Origin: Catajapyx aquilonaris
Lineage: Eukaryota
Length of the DNA stretch: 32,151 nucleotides
Direction of reading: 5' to 3'
Assembly: GCA_000934665.2 (NCBI GenBank)
Contig: JYFJ02004498.1
Span: 1-32,151, forward strand
This document shows, one piece after another, positions 22,395-32,035 of this stretch. Each line of letters opens with the position of its first letter. Position 1 is the first letter of the stretch. A program made the position numbers and the translations under genes. Under the pieces are notes generated by a model, which was not told the origin of the DNA, made no database searches, and saw only the letters and a list, made by a program, of their open reading frames with translations.

Positions 22395-23446
22395 ATGTTT
22401 TGTTGCGGAAACAAATCGAGCGAGAGTGTCGCAGAATCGCAGAGCTGCAATGAGTGGTCCATTGTGGATGATTCTGCTGGAGAGAAGCTGGAGACACCAG
22501 TCGGACGGAAAGATTCGTCCATATGTAGCCAAAGTGAAAGCACAGCAGCATCTACCATGTTGGAACTGGAGGAAGAAGAGACGGCGCGTTATCGTGAAAT
22601 TCAGAAGACTCGAGAAGAAAAAGCCAAAAAGGCAAGTACTTATTCAGAAAAAATGGACCCATAATATAAACACTACCATTGCAGTTGGCAAGATTTCTCA
22701 TCGCCTGCCAAGAGGGTCGGTTACAAGAGGTGCAAGAGGTAGTGAATGGACTAGATGGGCTGGATGATCTGCTAGGGCTTGCGAACCACGCAGGATTGGA
22801 TGGGCTTCATTTGACGGCGAAGAAAGGGCATGACCGTGTGGTGTCCTTTCTGTTGAGCGAAGGGTGGCCTGCAAATCAGGAGGATGCTGTGGGGGACACT
22901 CCTCTTCAGCTGGCAGCCTACTGTGGTCATCTGACCACATGCGCTGTGCTGATCCGAGAAGGAGCCAAAGTTGGGTCAAAGGACGTGGACGGGGATGAGC
23001 CCATCCATAACGCGTCGTCTGGAGGTCACCTCTCAGTGGTTGACCTCCTTCTGAAACAAGGGGCCAGGTTGGAGGTCAGGGGAATGAGGGACCGGACGCC
23101 TCTTCACAAGGCAGCATTCAATGGTCATCTGGAGTTGGTACAATTTCTGTTGTCCAAAGGGGCCAATCCAGGGGCCAGGGACCGATTTGACCATACACCA
23201 GGTGACCTTGCCAAGGAAGAGGGAGAGACAGAAGTGGCACGAATATTGAAAGTGAGTCCTCTGGACATCCTTACATACATCACGTACTGTGCAGCTGTTT
23301 TGTATTTTTATATTTTATTACTGTGCAATTTATTCCATTTATTTTTAAATTACTCATGAGAAGCAATTATTCCTTCCTCGTTGCAGAAAGCCTTGAAGAA
23401 GGAGGCGACTCGCAAGTGGTGGCAGTTCTGGAAGCGATGGAGTTGA
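22395..23446 (+). CDS. Ankyrin-repeat protein ANK4, MFCCG N-terminus and KWWQFWKRWS tail (~287 aa)
   Basis: Exons 22395-22631 (…EEKAKK|GCAAGT), 22685-23251 (567-nt ANK module), 23387-23446 (KALKKEATRKWWQFWKRWS*), all phase 0. Confidence 0.8.
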
Positions 23447-24053
23447 TTGTTGCTGAAAAGACCGGAAGCAGCCATTGTTGCTTTCTGGGCTTTAATCATA
23501 TCCGTGTTGCACTTGTTGCTTCTCAATGCGCCATTTCTTAAACGGTTCCTGCTGCAATAATCTCGCTTGCCATATCAGTAGTGCATCAAGTAGGAATCAT
23601 GACAGATGCATTGTTGTTGCAATTTTATTTGCATGAAGCTCAACGAATAGTAGACCACAAAGTAACTCCAGAATGCAGTACAGTGAGTACACAGTACTGA
23701 TGATAAGTACAAACATAGAGAGTACAAAACAATCTGTAATAAAATGAGTTTATGAAGTTGTTCTTGGCTACCTTTATTTTTTATTTCACATTGGCCACAA
23801 AGGCCTCGCGCATTTTGGGTCGATTTTCTTCGGATTTTATTTTCTGAAATTTTGGATTGTTCCCTCATATTGTTCGAGTGGAAACGGGCCTTAACAATAT
23901 ATTATGTGTCCGAAAATACATATCCGGAGTAAATATTTCCACACGCGCAATCAGACAGTATAATCGCATAATAATAGATGCCATAAACTCCACTGACAAG
24001 AAAGCCTAATCGTACCCTTCTTGACCCTAGTTTAATGGCCGTACTACCAGGTA

Positions 24054-24086
24054 TACTATTAAACCGTACGTGCATGAATAGTATCT
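24054..24086 (+). promoter_or_regulatory. Conserved upstream motif shared by Kazal genes 1 and 2
   Basis: TACTATTAAACCGTACGTGCATGAATAGTATCT matches the reverse complement of 27490-27521; both are followed by a TGACGT (CRE-like) site. Confidence 0.5.
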
Positions 24087-24172
24087 CCGGTCAGATGACG
24101 TGGGTTCATGAGTAGTGGTTACAGCGATGCTAGCAACCCATTGTATTGAGGCTCATTCTTTCGTACAGCAAG

Positions 24173-25206
24173 ATGTGGGCCAGGTGGTTCCTACTCTGTG
24201 GAATGATCCTTCTCTCGATCATGGAATTGACCAAAGGCGACGAACAAGAATGCCACATGAGCTGCAAGTGTCCGGGTGGTAGTGAAACCCCGGTGTGTGC
24301 TACTGACGGGAAGACATACGACAACAAATGCAGGCTCCGCTGCGCCAAGACCAATTGTGGCAAGAGTAAGTCAAAAGTCGGGAGTCAATAATAATAATTA
24401 TAACATAATTATATTGTTTTAACTAGCAGTTAAGCTAGGGGCGGCAGAGGGGCTGGGGCGGCAGGGGTGGAGGGAAATTTGACACACCGACAAACCTCCT
24501 CTTATATAATTATGAGGCATTCCAAGTCAAGTGGGCCACACTTTGCCAATACCTCCTCCGATTTTGACCACATTCGAGAATATTTTAGTGTCCATACCTG
24601 TATATGTTAGGCTCAAACCCCGAAAACGGCCATTGGGCGAAAAAAAACGTCCATTCTGCAGAATGCTTCTTGTCCAACCATCCATTCTGCGATCACCTAA
24701 ATGGCACGACGCAGAGGGCTGGGAGTTGTGTCGTTGGAAAGCTACCATCGCTAATTGTGGACCGAAAAATCCTCAGAATTTCATATTTCCCAGCCGTTTT
24801 CGAGCTATGGCCAAAAAACGAAATTTTGCACCTTCGGCCTTGGCCGTTGCGCTCGGAAGCACAACAGTCCCTTCCACCCGCTGATATCTGTTTCCATCCT
24901 CCACTCGACCCGGTCCCGTTTGAACGATCGGGTTCGTCAGAGGACGTATTCAGATCCTCCTCACCTGTAGCGGTGACGTCAGAGGACGTATTCAGAACCT
25001 CCTCACCTGTAGCGGTGACGTCACCGGTGGATGTTCTCTAACCGGGTGCGACCGGGTGCCTAGTCTTTAAAATACTTTAAATCCTCCCAATGCATTTTGT
25101 ACATCAAAACAAGTGCTTCAAAATGTGAGTAACAGCTTTTTTTTTTCTTTCTTTATCATTCGCAGCGACGATCGCTTTCAATCACGATGGACCCTGCAAA
25201 GCCTGA
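24173..25206 (+). CDS. Secreted single-domain Kazal-type protease inhibitor 1 (77 aa)
   Basis: Exons 24173-24365 and 25166-25206 (phase 1); signal peptide, CKC...PVCATDGKTYDNKCRLRCA...HDGPC. Confidence 0.9.
24423..25063. mobile_element. Mosaic of TE fragments in Kazal 1 intron (Helitron-like ends, 42-bp direct repeat)
   Basis: CTAG-terminated ends at 24423 (minus) and 25060-25063 (plus, after ccgggtgcgaccggg); 42-bp tandem duplication at 24935-25020. Boundaries uncertain. Confidence 0.35.
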
Positions 25207-26730
25207 AGGTATCCTACCCTGTGTCTGGCAACGAGAATTTTTTTACTCTATTTATGCTGTACGGTACTGTATGGCGGATTCAGTAAAAATTTGAAACTTT
25301 TGACAGGCTGTCGTTTATTGTTGTTTCTTACTACTGAACAATATGAAGCAACTAAACTCGAGTCAACTGTGTAAAAACTACATGTTCTTACATGTATGAC
25401 CTATATTTTTTATATAGTATATTCAAAGCTCGTTTGCTATAAATTAATGGCCTTCCATGCTGATTGCATTCGTATAAAGTATTAACGGCCGGAATTACAT
25501 TGTTAACCTGACAATTAAGGCAATAAAATTCACGCCGTTAAATTTTTACAGGCTTGGACACAATCCCAGCAGTATCGATAAAATATCTCGCGAACACGCG
25601 CCCACATATTACATCACCTTCAGGTTTGGAGTTGTACCGTGCATATTAATTAAAAGGTAATTAAATGGGCTGTCTGATTGTTGCTGGCCAACAATGATGC
25701 TCCACGAGGCGGCCCAGGATACTTCGCTTACCATTGTCTGGATCCGAGGATTGTCATCTCATATTCTTGAAGGGTTTTTGGTGAAGACACCGGGATTGTT
25801 AGCCCCAGCAACCCTCCCAATGAGCAAACAGTGTTTGTTAACATTATACGCACGCATACATTAACCTAATTACAATAATCAACATAATAAGAAATGCAGT
25901 AATAAAATATAAAATAAAATTAGTTGAAAATAAGTCATTACATTTGTCGCCTCTACTGTTGATATTGTTAACAGTCATTGTTGCCAATTATGTGACATCA
26001 GCACTATTTTAAGGTTGAACATAATAGCTCACTGTCTTTTTCTTTTAACTCTAGGAGTGACGTGATCATTGTTGCCATTTATAAGTTGCCACAACAATGA
26101 CAAGTTTTCTAGACTTTAAAATGTAATAAAATCGGATATAATATTTATGAATTTATGAATGGACGTACCTGTATTGTTGTTGGTGAAGTCGTTGTCACTT
26201 TTCCTCGATATTTCTCCAGATGGAAACTAGTTTTTTTTGTTACACCTATCATTACTCGCTAACTTCTAAACAGCTTATTTTGAACCTGTTACTTTTAAAG
26301 GATATCAACATAATAGCTGCTAACAATCGGTTGATTATTACGATTAAAACATGCAACAATTTAAGTGCTTTACAGCATTCGGAGACATTGCTTGTTTTTT
26401 AAAAGTAACATATGCCTTGTTGATTCAATTCGGCCTAACATTTATCAGCAACTTTTAATAGCTGGGTGTTCCTGGCTTAAAAATATATTTAAGCGAAAAA
26501 ATGTCAGTTCAGTGGTCTAAACAGCTTTTTGTCTCCATAATATGCAGATTACATTGCGGACTGATGTGCTATTGTACTAGCTCTAAATAGGACTCACTGT
26601 CTTGTTGATAAGTGCGGTATGAATTGCGTCACAATTTTTTTACTGCTCATTCTTGTTACATGTGAATTGATAAGCGCTATCTAAAGTATTTCTATGCGAG
26701 ATGAGCCTTAAAATATTTACTTATCTATAG

Positions 26731-26846
26731 CCTCCTGAGACTCCTGGTACAGTATACTGTACCTTTGTTTTTTCCAGCACCTTCTGACTAACTCAAACGC
26801 GTAAAAAAACAAGGGTACAGTATACTGTACTCCGGGTCTCAGGAGG
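26731..26846. mobile_element. 116-bp piggyBac-like MITE with ATAG TSD
   Basis: TIRs CCTCCTGAGAC / GTCTCAGGAGG; two internal GTACAGTATACTGTAC palindromes; ATAG at 26727-26730 and 26847-26850. Confidence 0.75.
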
Positions 26847-26993
26847 ATAGTAATATTTTTAAATGAAGGAAATATTTTCAGTGATTGTTGTCACAGTCTA
26901 AATTGCAGGCTAGTTTGAGTCAAAAAAACAGCAACTCAGTACAGTATTCCCGATATGTATTTGCTCGTTACCAAAAAATACAGGGTGCCATTT

Positions 26994-27358
26994 TTATTTG
27001 CACGGTCCTTTGTGTTTGAGAGTAATTGCTGGAAAGGACCAGAAAAGAATGCGATTACTAACATTGAAACATTTTTTTTGTTTGGAAGAAAAACGCACCT
27101 TAAAGGCGTATGAAACATTATGGATTAACCATTGAGTTGAATATAATCTCAGAATTGCTTACATTTGCTGCACTTTCGGGCGCAGCGGATCTTGCACATG
27201 TTGTCGTAGGTCCTTCCGTTGGTACCGCACACCGGCTCTTTCAGTCCCGGACACCTGCAGGCGAGACACTCCGGTACCGACTCTTGGACATTGGCACCTG
27301 ACCATGCGACCATCGAGAGCAGGACCAATGCGCAGACCAGGAACCACCTCGCAGCCAT
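26994..27358 (-). CDS. Secreted Kazal-type protease inhibitor 2 (76 aa)
   Basis: Exons 27358-27163 and 27028-26994 (phase 1); MAARWFLVCALVLLSMVAWSGA signal, CRCPGLKEPVCGTNGRTYDNMCKIRCA...HKGPCK. Confidence 0.9.
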
Positions 27359-27681
27359 CTCGATCAACAAAGGTATGAGCCACGGTACAAAAGGGTTGTC
27401 CACTTCAAGCCCCCTTCAAAACCAATACAATACGTGGACCTGACGTCATACCACTGCAATTAGGTGATACACGGTACGTATCAGGACTCAGATACTATTC
27501 ATGCTATACGGTTCAATAGTATTCAAAGGGTACTTGCAATGACACATTTACTTTTCGTCAGTGCGCATTGTACCGACATTATTTAATGAGATAAACAGTG
27601 CGTTGTTGCCAAATTTTTACAGCGCCTATTAGTAACTCCGGAAAACACTTGGCGCCTATTGTAGCGCCTATTAAGCTTAAA

Positions 27682-27744
27682 ACAACAGAAATAAGTAATT
27701 ACCGTAAGTAATAATTACTTACGGTAATTACTTATTTCTGTTGT
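27682..27744. repeat. Perfect 63-bp palindrome (31-bp arms, 1-nt spacer)
   Basis: ACAACAGAAATAAGTAATTACCGTAAGTAAT-a-ATTACTTACGGTAATTACTTATTTCTGTTGT. Confidence 0.95.
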
Positions 27745-28042
27745 AATTATTACATAATTAATTAACAAAAAGAGAATTGCGAATATCTAGATATAGTTGT
27801 GTGTGAATATTATTATTCCCTACATTTGTGTTGTTTTCAGTGCATTTTGTGACTGCGATACAATTAATTAACATTTAGCACGTCAGTAATTATAACCGGC
27901 CTTGACGCGGACACTTGCACTTGAAGATCTCGGGAGAAGAAAAACAATCAAGGTCCACTTTTTGTCAAAAATTATATCTGATTAATTATATTTATAAGTA
28001 CCGTAAGTGAACTAATTATGAAACACACGGTTATAACTACAT

Positions 28043-29062
28043 TCAATGTGATTCAGGGTCCATAATGGGCGTGTACAGCAGGTCGTGTTTATCGCAGTGT
28101 CTCTTCATAAGTCGAAACACGATTCGGGTCACAAAGTTCAGCAGGGTCACCAGAGGTCCGACCCGACACAGCACCTGGGTCACGAACCGGATGACCGCAA
28201 AATGAGTCTTGGCCACCCAGGACACGTGTCCTTCCAGTTTCCGTTCGACCTCTGAAAATCCGTACGACCAGAAGGTGAACAGGGCAACAGCGTCGAAGTT
28301 GATGGCCGTACGCAGTACCACCGATGCGTCACCAACACTGGACAGCACCATCCTCCAGTGGTACTCGTGCTCTTTAGAGAACCTTCTCATCTGGGGCAGG
28401 AACACCTTGTCCTGTACGTCCAAGCACACGGACCTGATTTCGGACATGGTACCGGACAGTGGGTTGTACCGGTCCTGCACTCCCATGTGGTAGCACAGCA
28501 CTCTCCAGACGTACACGTAATCCGCAATGTCCTGCTCCGATGCACCGTGTATACCGACTCTCTCAGGGTACAGCACCACAGGAATGAGTAGTAAGAACGC
28601 GGTAATCGCCAGGTCCAGCTGGCTCATGTGTACTCCGCTGTACTGTACGGCAGGACATTCCGATTCGATATAACCTGCCAGTCTACACTCATCGGCAATG
28701 TCAGGCAATTTCGTCTCAATCGTGGCAACGTCGACCTTTGACCTGTCCCGGTTGGCGATGCGACCCACCTCGTGATGCTTGACCTGCAGGTGCTTCATGC
28801 TCCGGTACGCGTTGTCGTTCGGATTCCAAAGGTCGCCCAGCAACATCGTTGTCATGTGCACCGCAGTGCTGAATATGAGCCTTCGAAGTGTGGTCAGCGT
28901 CTCGGACTTTCTGATGTACATGACCGCTTGAAAGGGCGGCTGCCACAGGTACACGTTACCCAGAGGTACTATTGTGCCCAGCAACATACCGAAGAGGTGT
29001 CTCCGCACAAAGTCCTGTCCCCTCCTGTACCTCTCCTTGTCCAACCACACAGGAGCTGGTAC
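28043..29062 (-). CDS. mpaB / rubber-oxygenase (DUF2236-like) family protein, intronless, 5' end damaged or unresolved
   Basis: PxWLDKERYRRGQDF, RR..ST..H, SQLDL..T, YVWRVLCYHMGVQDRYNP match the animal mpaB/Lcp-like family pattern; no in-frame ATG upstream of the conserved WxD motif before a stop at ~29126. Confidence 0.7.
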   Translation of the reverse strand, partial: VPAPVWLDKERYRRGQDFVRRHLFGMLLGTIVPLGNVYLWQPPFQAVMYIRKSETLTTLRRLIFSTAVHMTTMLLGDLWNPNDNAYRSMKHLQVKHHEVGRIANRDRSKVDVATIETKLPDIADECRLAGYIESECPAVQYSGVHMSQLDLAITAFLLLIPVVLYPERVGIHGASEQDIADYVYVWRVLCYHMGVQDRYNPLSGTMSEIRSVCLDVQDKVFLPQMRRFSKEHEYHWRMVLSSVGDASVVLRTAINFDAVALFTFWSYGFSEVERKLEGHVSWVAKTHFAVIRFVTQVLCRVGPLVTLLNFVTRIVFRLMKRHCDKHDLLYTPIMDPESH

Positions 29063-29234
29063 CGTACGACACCACCAACTCCTGTACCCTGAGAGAGTCG
29101 GTATACACGGTGCATCGAAGCACTTTTACCTTTACGAGCGTATTAGATACCAATATTTAATTGTCATTATAAAATAAATTATTGAAACACTTTGTTACTT
29201 TTAGCAATATTTTTATTTCACATCAAAAAAAAGG

Positions 29235-30154
29235 CTAGCTGCTACACATTCCTTTGTGGACGATGTACAGACCTGAAGAGAAACATTTCGTTATTAATAT
29301 TGCATTGTTGAGTGCGACATATGACCAAGTCAGGGAGCATATACTACATAAGAGGCGCAAACATTCGATTTCCGCGTCTCTCTGTTTGCGGCGCTGCCAA
29401 GGCTGGCGGCCATTTTGAAGTGTGGGCAACGCCAACGAGGTATAAATAGGGTACAGGCAAAAATAGGGTCTGCCATCTTTGATGGTCTTGCCTTTCTTGC
29501 CATGTAGTTGCCATGGCCGCCACAATCATCAAAGATGGCGGACCATATTTTTGCATGTACCCTATTTATACCTCGTTGGCGTTCCACACACTTCAAAATG
29601 GCCGCCAGCCTTGGCAACGACCCAAACAGAGAGACTCGAACATCAAAGGCGCCGACACAAGTTTGCGCCTCTTATGTAGTATATGCTCCCTGATATGACC
29701 AAGTCGTACTGGTGGCGCCACGAGCCGATTCACTGGCGGCAAAAGAGAAAATTGAAGAGTAGTGTTGGTTGCTAATTCATCTCTTCGACTCGCTCTTTTT
29801 CCTCCAATGCAATGGCTCATTGAGGCACCAGTACGACATGTGGATTTAAAGATTATAAGGATTTAAGTAGAATCTTATGGGATTGTCATAAGGATTTATG
29901 GCCAAGAGTGTTCGCCGGATTTACATAAGTTTAGTTGTTACTCCATCGTACTTACTCTTATTGCACTTTCTGGCGCACCGGAATAGGCACTTGTTGCTGT
30001 AGGTTTTCCCATCCGAAGCACAAACAGGCTTGTAATCCTTTGTGCAGGGACAACTCTGGCATGGCCCCTCATCATCCGGGTAGCCGTACGCGCATGCGCA
30101 GACCAGCATCAGAACCACTGCGCAGGTCAGAAGAAAGGTCCGTTTGGAAGACAT
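29235..30154 (-). CDS. Secreted Kazal-type protease inhibitor 3 (78 aa), predicted P1 Lys
   Basis: Exons 30154-29956 and 29272-29235 (phase 1); signal peptide, CPCTKDYKPVCASDGKTYSNKCLFRCA...HKGMC; TATATAAA at 30216-30209. Confidence 0.92.
29331..29692. mobile_element. 362-bp foldback MITE with 12-bp TSD in Kazal 3 intron
   Basis: 32-bp perfect TIR CAGGGAGCATATACTACATAAGAGGCGCAAAC plus ~95-bp internal inverted arms; ATATGACCAAGT at 29319-29330 and 29693-29704. Confidence 0.92.
29703..29837. mobile_element. 135-bp hairpin element (old MITE candidate)
   Basis: GTCGTACTGGTG...AAAAGAG / CTCTTTT...CACCAGTACGAC, ~45-bp imperfect inverted arms. Confidence 0.6.
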
Positions 30155-30604
30155 CTTTGCTTCAGCAATGTATGAAGAGTAAACGTACCTTCTTGGATTA
30201 ATCAGGCCTTTATATACCCCCATAACGCACGTACAATTGGAGCGCGTGTTAATGAGCGTTGTTGTGATAACGCAAGCGGGACGTGTCTAACGACGCAATT
30301 TCAGGTGCGTTGGAATTGCCGACGTGACATCTTTACAAAGGAATCACGTACCGGTACAGTATACAGTAGATATGTTATCTTCATGCAGTTTGGGTTGTAA
30401 TAATGCTGGACAAAAAATAAATTGAGCAATATGTGTTAAGCAAAGTTTCATTACAACATTTGAAATTTTTATTACATGATGTACTGTAGTTGAACAATAC
30501 TGTAACAAGATCATTCCAAAACAAAAGGCTGTTTAATGCGATAGTGAAGAGAATTTAAATGAATAAAGGTGACATTTGAAGGTGACGGGCGAGCAATGTG
30601 ACAA

Positions 30605-31668
30605 TTAGAAGCAATTTCGGACGTATCTGGTCAAGTCCTTTCCTTTGCACTTCCTCTTCCAGCCATTCCAGGCGGAGAATCCGTGTCGCTTGAAGATGAG
30701 TCTGACGCACCTCACGTCGTCGGTGATATCGTCGTCGCGCAGGTCAGAGCACTTCATGCCACACTCGTTGTACTGGACCGGAGGAGAGCACCAGTACCGG
30801 TCGTTGATCTGGGTAAACATGATCATTTTTTTTTTCTTGCAGGGTTCAGCAATTATTCAAATATTTTGAGCCATAAAATAGCATTCATGTACCAAACAAT
30901 TAAATTAAACTGACAGTTAAATAATTATAGCAATAAAATTCAAATTATTATTACTTAATTAATATTAAATGCGGTACCCTATTAATAAAATTAAAGAAAA
31001 GAAGAAACTGAAATAAAAATAAACAAACTGTAGTTAAAATAAAAATGCAAACTATATTGATAATTACCCTATAAGTTATATCAATAATAATCAAACTAAT
31101 CAGTCGAGTTACGTTATTAAATTAAACGGCGAAGTTAAATCCAGGAATTAACCGATGAAATCAGACACTTTAATAAGGCGATTAAATTACAAATGTAATT
31201 GAATACATTAAAAATAATACATTTAATTCAATATATCAGCAATAAAATAATAACTTACTAATAAAACTGAGCAAAATAAACAATACAATAACTTTTATGA
31301 TAATATGAAATAAAATTATTAAATAAGTAATACCAAAATGTTGGCATAATTGTTACTCCGTTATATTATATTATATTTAGTACCTGGAATAGACCGTGGT
31401 CGTGGCTTCCGTCCGAGTTGGCCGGTCCAGTCACATGAGTTCTGTAGGAGCTCTCCGAAAACGCCAGACACACCCCTGAAAGGTCATAATATTGTTGTTG
31501 TTGGATTGTCGCAAAATGTGCGTTTGGCAATAATTATGTTGTCTCACAATCGGCGATCTGGTCTGGAGGGAAATGGTGCTTGTTGAGAAGCTCTCTGGCC
31601 AGCTGGCATCGCTCGTACAACATCCCTCGGGTCAGGGTCAGCAACAGAAGCAGGCAGAAGCAGCGCAT
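30605..31668 (-). CDS. C-type lysozyme (138 aa)
   Basis: Exons 31668-31548, 31475-31384, 30808-30605; signal peptide, [18 protein letters not shown] (catalytic Glu), [19 protein letters not shown] (catalytic Asp), GFSAWNGW. Confidence 0.95.
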
Positions 31669-32035
31669 GGTTGCAGCCAGTGTTGCAGAAATAGTTAGCG
31701 ATAACAACAATGCAACTTCACACCTTCCATATCTGCTGCTGCCCTCTTCCCGGAAGAGGAAAATCCGGTGACAGATATCCCACAATGCCACATGTGTATA
31801 TATCCAGCACCTGTCTCGAGAGCTTGTGGTCATTTACATATCTACTTTTACGCCTAACTTTAAATAAAATGTTTACCGCATTGCCTGGCCGGAAATCCGG
31901 AGAATTCTTGCCAATAATAATCAAACGGCCATACATTATAAGTTATAAGAAAAGCATTATTAAATAATACGTCGTAATGTATGTCGAAATCAAAATGTGA
32001 CTCTGATAGTTCTGAATTTAATCATGAGCTTCAGT

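Noticed and set aside
1335..23446. Viral or endosymbiont (e.g. Wolbachia-like) origin of the ankyrin genes
   Set aside because: Conserved spliceosomal introns and host-type neighbours; no viral or bacterial genes in the window. Ancient transfer cannot be excluded without a phylogeny.
29235..29820. Cluster of short overlapping ORFs on both strands
   Set aside because: Arise from the palindromic MITE; only 29272-29235 is coding (Kazal 3 exon 2).
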